Part shown: in pieces, positions 31,816 to 42,126 of the stretch
Position numbering within the stretch: the first letter of the stretch is position 1
Layout of the letters: every line of letters begins with the position of its first letter
From: Desulfobulbaceae bacterium
GTDB taxonomy: Bacteria; Bacteroidota; Ignavibacteria; Kapaibacteriales; UBA2268
DNA: 64,000 bases
Reading direction: 5' to 3'
Assembly (NCBI GenBank): GCA_018335795.1
Contig: JAGXRP010000006.1
Coordinates: 22,129 to 86,128, forward strand
The notes under the pieces: model-generated
What the model saw: only the letters and a program-made list of their open reading frames with translations
Databases searched by the model: none
Told to the model about the DNA's origin: nothing
Position numbers and translations under genes: made by a program

Positions 31816-33217
31816 TCAAATAATATTTTTTAAATCTTTGATAACTGTTTCGAGAGTTATGCCACGCGATGCTTTGAAGAGTACAATATCGCCTGCTTTT
31901 AAAGCATCTCTCAGATTGGGCGCAATTTCGCTTTTGTTTGAATGATATACATTTGAATATTTTTGCGAAAGTTCCGAAAACGCTTTTGCAAATTCATCCC
32001 CTGTGAGATATACCAAATCGGCGGATTCTGATGCAAGTTTGAGCATATCCTTATGCTCTTGGTCAGACCATTCACCAAGCTCTCGCATATCTCCAAGAAC
32101 AGCAACTTTTTTACCCGAACCTGAAAATTTGGCAAGTGTTGATAAAGCAATAATCATTGAATCCGGGTTTGCATTGTAGCAATCATTTATTATTTTAATA
32201 TCGGAATGCGTTTCAATCGCCATTCTGCCATAACCATGATAAAGTGGAGCGGTGAAATTTTCCAACGCTTGTTTTATAAATGCTGTCTCAATTCCGAAAT
32301 GTATGCCTACAGCAGTTGCTCCAATTGCGTTATAAGCAGAGCCCAGCCCTATAGTTTGCATATTGACGCTAAATTTATTGTCGTCATGGTCGAAATCAAG
32401 AATTGGCTTCATGTCATTATCAAGTATGATAGAAGCTCTAAGTTCGGCATTTTCGTGTGTGCCAAAAGTCATAAATTTGGACAAAACATGCCCATAATGT
32501 TTCAATCTTTCATCATCAAAATTAACGAAAGCAAAACCATCCGAACGTACCCGTGCAAAAACATAGGTTTCTTCAAGCTCTACTCCGTCCAAATCCAGAA
32601 GGAATTCAAGATGCTCTCGTCCGATATTAGTGACCAAAGCATGAGTTGGGCGAACAATTTCGCCCAGATGGTAGATTTCTCCGGATTGATTGGTGCCGAG
32701 TTCGAGAACTGCAATGTCATATGAATTGTTCAAACTCAATAACATTAGCGGAACACCGAGCATATTGTTGAAGTTCTTGTACGTTCTTAGAACATTAAAT
32801 TTTGTAGCCAATACATCGGCAATCATTTCTTTTGTTGTTGTTTTGCCGTTTGAGCCTGTAATAGCTACAATCGGTATGTCAAATTTAAGTCTATGAAAAG
32901 CAGCTAATTCACCCAATACTTCAATATTATTGTCTGAGACAATAATAGGTCTATTTCCGATTGAAATGTTAAGCTCCTTTATTGAATCTTTTTCGACAAA
33001 ACAAATTCCTGCACCGGCTTCCAATGCACTATCAATCAGGGTATGACTATCAACATTTTCTCCTTTCAAAGATACGAAAGCGTTGCCGGGTTTGACTAAA
33101 CGAGTATCAATAGAAACACCTGTAAACAATTTGGATTCATTCAAATTATGAAATTCAGATTTGTCAAGAATAGCTCTAAGCTCTGTAGTTGTGAAAGATG
33201 CAGTATTTTCTAACATA
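31816..33217 (-). CDS. murF: UDP-N-acetylmuramoyl-tripeptide--D-alanyl-D-alanine ligase
   Basis: Mur ligase P-loop VAITGSNGKTTTKEM and conserved central and C-terminal domains. The start is set at MLENTASF (ATG at 33217). The 86-codon upstream extension in the track ORF is low-complexity and likely non-coding. Confidence 0.85.
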
Positions 33218-33247
33218 ATATCTCCATAAATTTTTGGTGAATGACGA

Positions 33248-33856
33248 TTGATAATGTCAATAATTTGTGATTTCTTTGTATTTTTGGAAATGATAAAATA
33301 TACTGAAATTAGCAATCTTGAACGATTTTTCGTTGCCTTATTAGTTACAGGTTTTATGATTTGGTTCGGAGGCACTATTATCCGAACAGCTTTAGCATAC
33401 GATTTATTCGATACAGGTACTATCAGCATCCGACAAGACCTCAGGCAAGACCAAGGAACCGTAGGATACAACATATATTTGTTTGCTCAAGCATCTCTAT
33501 ATACCAATATTGCGTACGCATTCTGTTTAGTTTCCATAATTTTCCTTACAATTCGATTCCGCAAAGTACTTAAGTATCAAGGCTGGCTCTTCATGTCAAT
33601 AGTATTGTTCTTGCTGAATTTACCAATTGAGGCATATTATATTTTCTTAGATTATGCACTTAGTGTTGAAATATTTTTTAATAATGAATTTGTTTACTAT
33701 ACTTCTCCAATATTCAGAAAACTTTTCTTAGTCAGGTTCGAGAATATAGTTCTATCAATTTTGAAGGGAATATCATTTATGTCGGCAATCACGATTATAA
33801 TTTTATGTATATGGCAACCATTACGTAAGGAATATCGTGAAGAACTTGGAAGCTGA
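33248..33856 (+). CDS. Hypothetical polytopic membrane protein
   Basis: 202 aa with about 5 predicted TM helices and no recognisable motif. It is the first gene of a tight four-gene plus-strand operon. Confidence 0.4.
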   Translation: MIMSIICDFFVFLEMIKYTEISNLERFFVALLVTGFMIWFGGTIIRTALAYDLFDTGTISIRQDLRQDQGTVGYNIYLFAQASLYTNIAYAFCLVSIIFLTIRFRKVLKYQGWLFMSIVLFLLNLPIEAYYIFLDYALSVEIFFNNEFVYYTSPIFRKLFLVRFENIVLSILKGISFMSAITIIILCIWQPLRKEYREELGS

Positions 33857-34103
33857 CGAAAAGTTGAAAATGCTTATTGAGCAAGCCAAGAAATTGGGAT
33901 TTGCCGTAAGAAAAGAAAGTGGAACTTTTGAAAGTAGCTTTTGCAATCTAAACAACAAAAAAATCATTCTCATAAATAAAGATGATGATGATGAAAGCAT
34001 TATCAAATTATTTGTCGAAAATTTTTTAGAACTTGATTTGAACGATGTATATTTAATGCCGGCTGTACGAGATTATATTGAAAATTACAAGAGTAAAGAA
34101 TAA
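33837..34103 (+). CDS. Hypothetical small acidic protein
   Basis: 88 aa with a DDDDE stretch. It overlaps the upstream gene by 20 bp and ends 2 bp before the next gene. Confidence 0.35.
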   Translation: MKNLEADEKLKMLIEQAKKLGFAVRKESGTFESSFCNLNNKKIILINKDDDDESIIKLFVENFLELDLNDVYLMPAVRDYIENYKSKE

Positions 34104-34105
34104 TA

Positions 34106-34858
34106 TTGCCGATTGAGATAGACCTAATCCAAACCTCACTGCTGCTGATAGCAGGATTTGCATCCGGTTTCTTGAATGTAACAGCCGGTGGTGGTTCGGC
34201 ATTAACATTGCCATTGTTGATTTTTCTTGGGCTTGATTCAGCTACTGCAAATGGCACAAACCGTGTAGCTATCGTCGTCCAGAGCTTGTCCGCAATTGCA
34301 TCTTTCAAATCCGACAAATATTCTGAATTTGGCAAAAGTATGAAATTAGCTGCCATTACATTGCCCGGCGGCATTTTGGGTGCTGTGACGTCATTGCAAA
34401 TGAACGACGATGTTTTCAATAAGGTTCTTGGTGTGATTATGCTCGTTATCATCATTTCGATGATTATTCCTACACCCAAGAAAGGCAAGGGGCAAGAAGT
34501 TCCGCCGAATTTTTGGACTTTTGCTGCAATGTTCGGAGTTGGGCTTTACGGAGGATTCATCCAAGTAGGCGTAGGATTTATGATGATGGCTATCCTGCAA
34601 AAAATGTTGAAAATGGAACTGACACGAGTCAACATGCACAAAGTATTTATTGCATTTATCTTTACAACACCGGCTATGATTGTTTTTATAATCAGTGGTA
34701 ATGTTAATTATCTGCTTGGAATAGTATTAGCAATAGGAAATGCAATTGGTGCATTAGTGGCTGCAAAAATTTCTGTGAGAAAAGGTGAGAAATTTATCAA
34801 AATTTTCCTTATATTATCAATGATAATTATGGCAATCAAACTTTTTGATTTTATATAA
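34106..34858 (+). CDS. TauE/SafE (sulfite exporter/DUF81) family membrane permease
   Basis: 250 aa with two 4-TM repeats and Gly-rich helix motifs (GFASGFLNVTAGGGSALTLPLL; GLYGGFIQVGVGFMMMAIL). It has a TTG start. Confidence 0.65.
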   Translation: MPIEIDLIQTSLLLIAGFASGFLNVTAGGGSALTLPLLIFLGLDSATANGTNRVAIVVQSLSAIASFKSDKYSEFGKSMKLAAITLPGGILGAVTSLQMNDDVFNKVLGVIMLVIIISMIIPTPKKGKGQEVPPNFWTFAAMFGVGLYGGFIQVGVGFMMMAILQKMLKMELTRVNMHKVFIAFIFTTPAMIVFIISGNVNYLLGIVLAIGNAIGALVAAKISVRKGEKFIKIFLILSMIIMAIKLFDFI

Positions 34859-35829
34859 TGAAAATAGTACTTAGAATATTGCGGATTTTTACAAAAAGGG
34901 CTTTTATTGGTGCCTTGTTATTTGCAATTGCATTATGGAGCTACACAAGTCTGAATACGAATTATTCGACTTATGTTGATATTCCGCTTTCAGTAAAATT
35001 GCCACCAACTCGTGCTATCGAAAAGGAACTGCCGACAACGATTTCGGTTGAAAGCCGTGGAACAGGTTGGAATTTGTTCAACTTATTATACCTCAATAAC
35101 AGCAAGCGAGCACACGTTGATTTGAGCGAAACCAGAATAGTGGATAGTGTATTTACAATCGGAAGGTCTGATTTCCTAAAAGGGATTGAGTCGTTTGAAA
35201 CTGTCGAGCTTGCAGATGTGATACCGAGCACTTTAACATTGCATACTGGGGAAATCGGCGAGTACATGGTTCCACTTGTTTCGATGATAGAAATAACTCC
35301 AAGAGAAGGCTTTTCAGTAGTTGGCGACATCAAGCTTACACCTGATAGTATCAGAATAATAGGCAATGATAAAATCACTTCACAAATAAAATCATGGAGT
35401 ACAAAAATTCTAACGATAGACGAAGTAAATAAACAGATACGAGGTACAGTTGAACTATCTGATTCATTAGGAGATATAATTAGCTTCAATACGCGAGAAA
35501 TCAAATTTTATGTTGATGTACAGTTAACTTTGGAAAGGACGTTTTACGATATTCCGATTGTTGTTCGTGATGGCACTATACCAAGAAATAGCAAGATAAC
35601 ACCCAACAAAGTTGACATCACAGTTAGGGGCGGCTTAGAGCAAATCAAAAATCTTGATGTTGAAAATTTGTCAGTATATTTGGATTATTCAACAATAGCC
35701 AAAGATAAATCAGGGATTTTGATACCTAATATAGAGTTCCCGATTGATATCGAAGTAATTCAGGTCAATCCTCCATATGTTTATCACATAATTCTATTAA
35801 AACAAACTAAACTAAGCAGCATTAATTAA
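34858..35829 (+). CDS. YbbR-like (CdaR-type) domain protein, membrane anchored
   Basis: N-terminal TM helix then repeated ~80-aa beta-rich YbbR-like modules (…VDIPLSVKLP…, …IRIIGNDKITSQ…, …VDITVRGGLEQIKNLD…). No DAC/cdaA gene is adjacent. Confidence 0.5.
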   Translation: MKIVLRILRIFTKRAFIGALLFAIALWSYTSLNTNYSTYVDIPLSVKLPPTRAIEKELPTTISVESRGTGWNLFNLLYLNNSKRAHVDLSETRIVDSVFTIGRSDFLKGIESFETVELADVIPSTLTLHTGEIGEYMVPLVSMIEITPREGFSVVGDIKLTPDSIRIIGNDKITSQIKSWSTKILTIDEVNKQIRGTVELSDSLGDIISFNTREIKFYVDVQLTLERTFYDIPIVVRDGTIPRNSKITPNKVDITVRGGLEQIKNLDVENLSVYLDYSTIAKDKSGILIPNIEFPIDIEVIQVNPPYVYHIILLKQTKLSSIN

Positions 35830-36595
35830 GATTTTTAACAAAATCAACATAAAATTGCCTCGTAAGACCATCTTGGTGTTTAACGCTACCTGTCAAATCG
35901 CGAATTTTCATACCTATTGTAACTCCATCAACAACTGAAAATCTGAGAGCTCCATTGACTCTTCCACGATGATTCAGTAGTTTTGCATCTTCGTCTAAAG
36001 ATAAATCAAATTCCAAATTCAAGGCAACAAACTTGCCGATGGATTGTTCAAAACCGAAGTAAACGTCAGGCGAACGAAATACCTTGTTGGCTTCGAATGA
36101 ATAATTCACTCCCGAATGAAAAGACAATTCGCCCATAGCCCAAGTAAAACTCTTACTTACAGCAAGGAAAAATCCCGGTGAGTGGTCAACAAATCTATCA
36201 TTGCCATAAATGAAATTACCCCCGCCTTGTGAACGGAAACCTAATACAATCGCCGGTATATTAATTCTCTCGTCAAGAAAGCGATATTTGGCAGTAATGC
36301 CGGGTAAATTTTGCATTTCAGGTTTAGAATTCCCAATTATCCCGTTTCCACCATAAGCTATTCCAACAAGAAAAGATTGAAAAAGTGCATATGAAGCCTC
36401 TAGATATAAACCACCTAATGGCAAGAAATTAATGACTACGGCTCCATGATAAGCGGGCAACATACCGGCTGTAGGCAAGTCAACAATCAAATCCGTCTCA
36501 TATTTCGGGCTTGTACCCGCTTTGCCCGGAGATGAAGCTGAAACTGAATAAATCAAAGCAAAAAACATAACAAAAGTTAGAATAAATTTTATCAT
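35822..36595 (-). CDS. Hypothetical secreted/outer-membrane-associated protein
   Basis: Cleavable signal peptide (ALIYSVSASSP) and an amphipathic beta-rich composition. No motif is recognised. Confidence 0.45.
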   Translation of the reverse strand: MIKFILTFVMFFALIYSVSASSPGKAGTSPKYETDLIVDLPTAGMLPAYHGAVVINFLPLGGLYLEASYALFQSFLVGIAYGGNGIIGNSKPEMQNLPGITAKYRFLDERINIPAIVLGFRSQGGGNFIYGNDRFVDHSPGFFLAVSKSFTWAMGELSFHSGVNYSFEANKVFRSPDVYFGFEQSIGKFVALNLEFDLSLDEDAKLLNHRGRVNGALRFSVVDGVTIGMKIRDLTGSVKHQDGLTRQFYVDFVKNLN

Positions 36596-36649
36596 TTAAG
36601 AATCGTCTTAGCATTTTATAACAATCAATTATTATGGAGCGACGCAACC

Positions 36650-37105
36650 ATGAAAAGTATAGTTTATCTGACTTTTGTAATAGCTTTTTCTTTAGCGATG
36701 AATAGTTGTTCAAGTTCTAATTATGCCGGCAATAGTGCAGCAGAGCCATTGACCTTGTTGCCTTCGGTAAAAGAACAAAAATCGGATTATATTACTTTTG
36801 CTGTTAAAGTAGTACGAAATCGTATTGTAGAGGGAGAATATTTGCCGAGTTCGGAAGATTTGAGAATACAAATCAGCGATTCAAACGGCAAACTAATCTG
36901 GAATTCCAACCACAATATGAATTTCATGATGGCTATTGGTAATGTAAAACCCATTAAAATCGGTGATACACATGAATACACTTTAGAATGGAACAAAAGT
37001 GATAATGACGGAAAAAAAATGCCTTCTGGTATTTACAATGCAAGATTGATTATCCCTGCTCAACCTAATAATTATTCCACAAGTTTAGCTTTCAAATTGG
37101 AGTAA
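36650..37105 (+). CDS. Hypothetical lipoprotein with a C-terminal Ig-like/FlgD-like beta-sandwich
   Basis: Lipobox LAMNSC. The C-terminal region (…PSGIYNARLIIPA…) resembles FlgD Ig-like and T9SS-CTD-like folds. It ends 2 bp before ribD. Confidence 0.4.
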   Translation: MKSIVYLTFVIAFSLAMNSCSSSNYAGNSAAEPLTLLPSVKEQKSDYITFAVKVVRNRIVEGEYLPSSEDLRIQISDSNGKLIWNSNHNMNFMMAIGNVKPIKIGDTHEYTLEWNKSDNDGKKMPSGIYNARLIIPAQPNNYSTSLAFKLE

Positions 37106-37107
37106 AT

Positions 37108-38202
37108 TTGGCTAACCACGAATTTTTTATGCGCCGTGCACAGGTATTAGCCCAAAACGGAACTGGATTGGTGAGCCCGAATCCTTTGGTTGGTACGGTC
37201 ATTGTCAAAAATGGTAAAATTATTGCCGAAGGTTGGCATCACGCTTATGGTATGCCTCATGCAGAGCGTGATGCTATAAGCAAATGCGACGGAATTGATT
37301 TGACTGATGCAATTTTATATGTAAATTTAGAGCCGTGTACTCATCATGGCAAACAACCACCATGCACAGATGCCATTATAGAGAAAAAATTCAAAACTGT
37401 TGTTATAGCTTCAAATGACCCAAATCTGAATGTATCGGGCGATGGCAGCAATGTATTGCGAAAATCCGGTATAGAGGTAATCGAAGGGGTAATGAAAAAT
37501 GAAGCAGACTGGCTGAACCGATTCTTTTTCAAGCATATTACAAGCGGATTTCCATACGTAATCTTGAAAGCGGGTCAAACTGCTGATGGTTTTACTGCAC
37601 TTGATAGCGGCGAATCAAAATGGATAACGAACCTTGAGAGCAGAACCGAAGCACACAAATTGAGAGCCCAAGTTGATGCTGTAATGGTTGGCTTCAATAC
37701 CGCTGAAAAGGATAATCCTGAATTGACTGTTAGACATGTGGAAGGCAGAAATCCTTGGCGAATAGCGCTCGATAAAAATCTGAAGCTTGATACAAATTTA
37801 AAGCTATTCCAAACCGATGAAAAGCATCGAACAATTATTTGTTGTTCAAAGGAGATGTCTGAATCTGAAAAAGCAGCTAAATTGCAAGTTTTGGGAAATG
37901 AAATATTAGCGTCCGATTTAGAAAATGATGGTAAAATGGATTTAAAAGATATTTTAGAGAAATTGGAACGACAATATAGAATCACTTCAGTTTTGGTTGA
38001 AGGTGGTGCAACGCTTCATTCAAATTTTATCGAAAAGGGTCTTGCCGATGAATTGCAACTTTTTGTAGCACCAAAATTTTTCGGACACGGAATAAGCACT
38101 TTCGGGCAAATCAATATAAAAGGAGTAGAAGAAGCTCCTACTTTCAATTTAAAGCAAGTTCGGCAAATTGGAGATGACATACACGCAATTTACATAAAAT
38201 AG
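37108..38202 (+). CDS. ribD: Bifunctional riboflavin biosynthesis protein RibD (pyrimidine deaminase / reductase)
   Basis: CMP/dCMP-type deaminase zinc motif HAERDAI…LEPCTHHGKQPPC, and a C-terminal RibD reductase domain. Confidence 0.85.
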   Translation: MANHEFFMRRAQVLAQNGTGLVSPNPLVGTVIVKNGKIIAEGWHHAYGMPHAERDAISKCDGIDLTDAILYVNLEPCTHHGKQPPCTDAIIEKKFKTVVIASNDPNLNVSGDGSNVLRKSGIEVIEGVMKNEADWLNRFFFKHITSGFPYVILKAGQTADGFTALDSGESKWITNLESRTEAHKLRAQVDAVMVGFNTAEKDNPELTVRHVEGRNPWRIALDKNLKLDTNLKLFQTDEKHRTIICCSKEMSESEKAAKLQVLGNEILASDLENDGKMDLKDILEKLERQYRITSVLVEGGATLHSNFIEKGLADELQLFVAPKFFGHGISTFGQINIKGVEEAPTFNLKQVRQIGDDIHAIYIK

Positions 38203-38203
38203 C

Positions 38204-41200
38204 TTATTCGGATTGAATCAATTCAACTACAAAACTCGGATAATCTTCACTTCTTATATTACTCCTTCTTATGAATGAATCTTGTTTGCTCCGTGCTTCA
38301 TCAGCATAGAAACTACTTTTCGTCCTTACAATATATTTTTGCTCTCCGTCGGATTCGTATTGTTCAATTATCAATTCTGTATCTGTAATTTCATTTAGCA
38401 TTACCATGATTAATTGGGCTACATTTATATCATTGTAAGAACCGAAATATAGCAAGTATCGCTCATTTTGCTTCGGAATTGCTTGATTTGATGAAGTGTT
38501 CGTTTTTTCAGGGTTTCTGTTTGAAGCATTTAATATCATTTCATAATCAAGACAAGGCAGTGCTTTGTTGCAACAAGGTGATTCGACCAATTTTCCGGCA
38601 AGATAATATAAATTATTTATACGTAAATCTATCCTTCGGATAGTATCAAGCATATATAGAGATGAATCCACATTTCTTATATATTTGGGGATTTTAAACT
38701 CAGTCGGGTCGAAATAATTACCTTTGATGAGAAATATAATCTTAGCATTCTCAATTCTTGATTGCGGGTCGAAAGCTCCAACATTAGATACATTTGAGCC
38801 TAATGCTCGATTGTCGGGCAATAGGACTTTTCCTTGTTCAAAATAATCATAAAATGCAGAACCGAATTTTTTGGTATCAAGCAATCTCGTTATTAATTCA
38901 TGATAACCGTAATAAGCTCTGAGTTTAGATAATGTGTCATTATTCAAATTCAGCAAATCGCCGGATTGGATACTAACTTTTTTGAAAGTAACATCGTAAT
39001 GTGAAACAGATTCATGCAATACACCTTCGTAATACTCAACTTCATCGCCTATATACCAACCTCTCCTTACGGGGCGTTTGTCGCTCCACGCATCAAGAGA
39101 AATAATTAATTTCTCGTTTCCGGATATAGAGTCAATGATACTGAAAGCCGGGATGATTCTCCGATTGATAATATCAGCCATCATATCCAAGTTTTTGTCA
39201 ACAATTTTTGCGAATTTTTCATACTCGTAAATTCTGCTTTGGCGCCGTTCAGGTGAATTAGTGAAATATTGATTATTCCTATGCAATTCGACCCATTTGG
39301 CTTCTGAAAATTCACGTCTGCCCAATTTATTCATATCGCGTCTGAAATTACTCAAAGTGTTTACTTCCCAAAATCCAGTTTGGTAGTATGGTACATTTTG
39401 TTCATATCCGGTCATAAATTCAGTGAATTCGCAATAACAGGGTGGTTTGACAAAATATTCAGGTAAAACATAAACAGTATCATAAAAAACAAGATTATCT
39501 CCGGTACGCGGGGAAATATTCCATCCGCCATTTTTGGAAACTTCAGAATTCGCTCCTGCACCTGATAATCGAGCATTTGAGGCTTGTGAAGCAGTTTTCG
39601 GAGTTTGTCGGCGGAGCTTGTCATAACTCGAAACAATTGTGATTTCTTGGTCATATTCCATCATTGCGCCAGCTAATCTCGGATTAGTGATTAATACAGT
39701 TTGTGCATGTTGAACTTTCAATTTTCGGCCAAATACAATTAGTTCGCTGTAACTTGTGTCATATTGGATTTTGTGCAACTTTTCAAAATCTGCTAAACCG
39801 GATGTTAGAGCACTGACGATTCTTTTTTCGGTAGCAATTTCCCGCCCGATAACAACAATTGTATCACTTGGGATGAGATAGCCCGACAGCACCTTGACAG
39901 GTTCGGAATCGCAATCTAGCAAATTAAAATGCGAACCACCCTTGATGAAATACTGCTTACCGCCTTTTATTTCAAATTCGGCTTGACTCAAATCGCGGGA
40001 TTCTATCTCATTTCCATTATTATCAAACAAGCTGATTACAGGCATCCTAACAGGTTCATCGGGATTTGCAAGATTGATTAGAGCCACATTCATTTTGACT
40101 GTTGGCGGTTCAGGTGCAGGGCAGTTCATGAATTCGGGCAATGGCAATCTATATATGTCGTAGGAGCCTGCATTTGCGATAATTGTACCGCCAATTTTCA
40201 TCTGTTTGTCCAACTTCGAATCATAACGATTTGAACTAAAATAAATTAAATCTGGAGAGGACAAGCCGTGTGGCAAAGGAACTAAAGGAAATCTGTCATC
40301 GGAAAAAGAGTTAATTGTGTTGATGTCAGACCTGCTTTCATTCGCTTTTTCCCCAAGTAGTTGTGCATCATCAAGGACCTTAATTTCAAATTTCTTATAA
40401 TCAATTGCCAATTTGGTATAAAAAATATCAAAATCACCGGCTTTCGATTTCAATCTGTCTGATGAAAAGAGTAGATATGGATTGCAACACGAGCAATAAA
40501 TAAAAGGTGTACCTTCGTTTGATTCAGTATTTATGTTTTGTGCTAAAGTTTTGACTTCAGTCCAAGTACCATCGGCAAATCTAAAAGCGTAGAATAAATC
40601 AGCATTTCCGCCGGGAAATTTTTTGCCGCTCAAACTGATTCGCTCGGCAAAAGGGGCATTTCTGTCTGATGACCAAAGCAGCAATGTAACACATGAGCCA
40701 TCGGGCATTGTATCAGTAATTGCCGTCGGATGCGAATCCCAGAAAATCGAATTAATTGGTGAATCCAAAATTTTAAATTCAAATTTGCCTTCACGATTTT
40801 TGTAAAATTCAAATAAATCTGCACCTCCTACATTTTTAGATTCAGGGGAAAATGGTAAATTCAGATTTTTAGCCAAGTCATATGAAATGGGATGTGCAAA
40901 TGCTGCAAATCCTTTGTCCATACCAGTAAAAACGATAGATTCAATATTCTTGGTCAAGTAATCAACCATGTCTTTATTAAAATTGGACACTGGAAACATT
41001 GTTTTGATAAATGCTGAAGATGGGGAAACAGATAGTTCGGAAAAATCATTGTTAGAGTGTTCACGGTCGAAAGCTCCGCAAATATCGTATTCAGATGAAT
41101 TTTGAACGGGAGCAACTTCGCTTACCTCTTTGTTTGCATTAGGTCTGTTATTGTTTAAATTGCCTTCAGGATACTTGTAGATTTTGTTAGAACATGATAC

Positions 41201-41257
41201 TAACAGAATTATTAAGAAAATTGCAAGTAAAATGCTTGTAAATTTTACGCTATTCAT
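38204..41257 (-). CDS. Large lipoprotein with TolB-like PD40 repeats and a ~600-aa C-terminal region of unknown function
   Basis: Lipobox LLVSC. PD40-type repeats are LLLWSSDRNAPF…ADLFYAF, YLLFSSDRLKSKAGDFDIFYT and LIYFSSNRYDSK…SYDIYRL. The C-terminus has a possible degenerate OmpA-like LSKLRA segment. It is the last gene of a four-gene operon. Confidence 0.55.
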   Translation of the reverse strand: MNSVKFTSILLAIFLIILLVSCSNKIYKYPEGNLNNNRPNANKEVSEVAPVQNSSEYDICGAFDREHSNNDFSELSVSPSSAFIKTMFPVSNFNKDMVDYLTKNIESIVFTGMDKGFAAFAHPISYDLAKNLNLPFSPESKNVGGADLFEFYKNREGKFEFKILDSPINSIFWDSHPTAITDTMPDGSCVTLLLWSSDRNAPFAERISLSGKKFPGGNADLFYAFRFADGTWTEVKTLAQNINTESNEGTPFIYCSCCNPYLLFSSDRLKSKAGDFDIFYTKLAIDYKKFEIKVLDDAQLLGEKANESRSDINTINSFSDDRFPLVPLPHGLSSPDLIYFSSNRYDSKLDKQMKIGGTIIANAGSYDIYRLPLPEFMNCPAPEPPTVKMNVALINLANPDEPVRMPVISLFDNNGNEIESRDLSQAEFEIKGGKQYFIKGGSHFNLLDCDSEPVKVLSGYLIPSDTIVVIGREIATEKRIVSALTSGLADFEKLHKIQYDTSYSELIVFGRKLKVQHAQTVLITNPRLAGAMMEYDQEITIVSSYDKLRRQTPKTASQASNARLSGAGANSEVSKNGGWNISPRTGDNLVFYDTVYVLPEYFVKPPCYCEFTEFMTGYEQNVPYYQTGFWEVNTLSNFRRDMNKLGRREFSEAKWVELHRNNQYFTNSPERRQSRIYEYEKFAKIVDKNLDMMADIINRRIIPAFSIIDSISGNEKLIISLDAWSDKRPVRRGWYIGDEVEYYEGVLHESVSHYDVTFKKVSIQSGDLLNLNNDTLSKLRAYYGYHELITRLLDTKKFGSAFYDYFEQGKVLLPDNRALGSNVSNVGAFDPQSRIENAKIIFLIKGNYFDPTEFKIPKYIRNVDSSLYMLDTIRRIDLRINNLYYLAGKLVESPCCNKALPCLDYEMILNASNRNPEKTNTSSNQAIPKQNERYLLYFGSYNDINVAQLIMVMLNEITDTELIIEQYESDGEQKYIVRTKSSFYADEARSKQDSFIRRSNIRSEDYPSFVVELIQSE

Positions 41258-41262
41258 ATGAA

Positions 41263-42120
41263 TTATCCGATTGGGTTAAACATTATGGAGACCCTCCTCT
41301 TGCGTGGTTCAAATGTGCCTTGCGATACATCGGCAACTACAAACACAAAAAATTTGCCATTGATTGCCTTATAAACAAAAACATCACCAATATCAACAAG
41401 TATATTTACAGCTTGTTGATTAACGTCGCTAAGTAATTTGTCAATTATAGCTTGTGAGGGGAATGGTACACCTGGTTCATTTGTAACGATTCGCCCGTTT
41501 GCATCAACGACATCAATATTTGTTGAATTATATGTGATTACACTAGAACCAAAAACACCATTACCATATTCCTTCATTTCTGTCAATGCGTCGGTAATAA
41601 GAGCTTTGTTAGCTTCAATATAATCACAAAACTCACTGGCATTTTCTGATAAAAATTTGGGATTGAGTCTTTGCAAACTGCCTTTGAATCTAAGCAATGT
41701 ACGCAGATTCACAGGGTCTGCCGATACAACCATCATATCTCCAACCAAGTCTTTATTAGCGGGATAAGTATCGAGAATTGCAGCAATAAAAGTCGTTCCT
41801 TCTAATTTTGCGGTAGCCAAAGCAATTATTTCGCTATCAGCAAAACGTTCATCATTAGGCAGTGTGCCTGAATTCAAATCTGAATTAGGGAATTGGTATG
41901 CATGAATCGAATATTCAGGAACGGGAATAAAAGTTGTATCATCAATTTGATTAATTCCCGGGTTGAATTCAGTAATCGTAGCTTCGCGTACTTTACATAT
42001 AATCTGGCTATCATATGGCTCGAGTGGGCAATCACAACAAGAATTTGTTAAAACAATCAACAAAATTCCTATTGAAGCAAAATATAAGCATTTTTTAATA
42101 TTTATCATGGTCATATTCAT
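41263..42120 (-). CDS. Hypothetical lipoprotein (Cys-rich N-terminus)
   Basis: Lipobox LTNSC followed by CDCPLEP. No recognisable domain. Confidence 0.45.
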   Translation of the reverse strand: MNMTMINIKKCLYFASIGILLIVLTNSCCDCPLEPYDSQIICKVREATITEFNPGINQIDDTTFIPVPEYSIHAYQFPNSDLNSGTLPNDERFADSEIIALATAKLEGTTFIAAILDTYPANKDLVGDMMVVSADPVNLRTLLRFKGSLQRLNPKFLSENASEFCDYIEANKALITDALTEMKEYGNGVFGSSVITYNSTNIDVVDANGRIVTNEPGVPFPSQAIIDKLLSDVNQQAVNILVDIGDVFVYKAINGKFFVFVVADVSQGTFEPRKRRVSIMFNPIG

Positions 42121-42126
42121 CCTTAA

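Noticed and set aside
33217-33474. 86-codon N-terminal extension of murF in the track ORF (552 aa)
   Set aside because: The extension is low-complexity and basic, and has no Mur ligase homology. The conserved MurF N-terminus begins at MLENTASF (ATG at 33217). The extension also overlaps the divergent gene at 33248.
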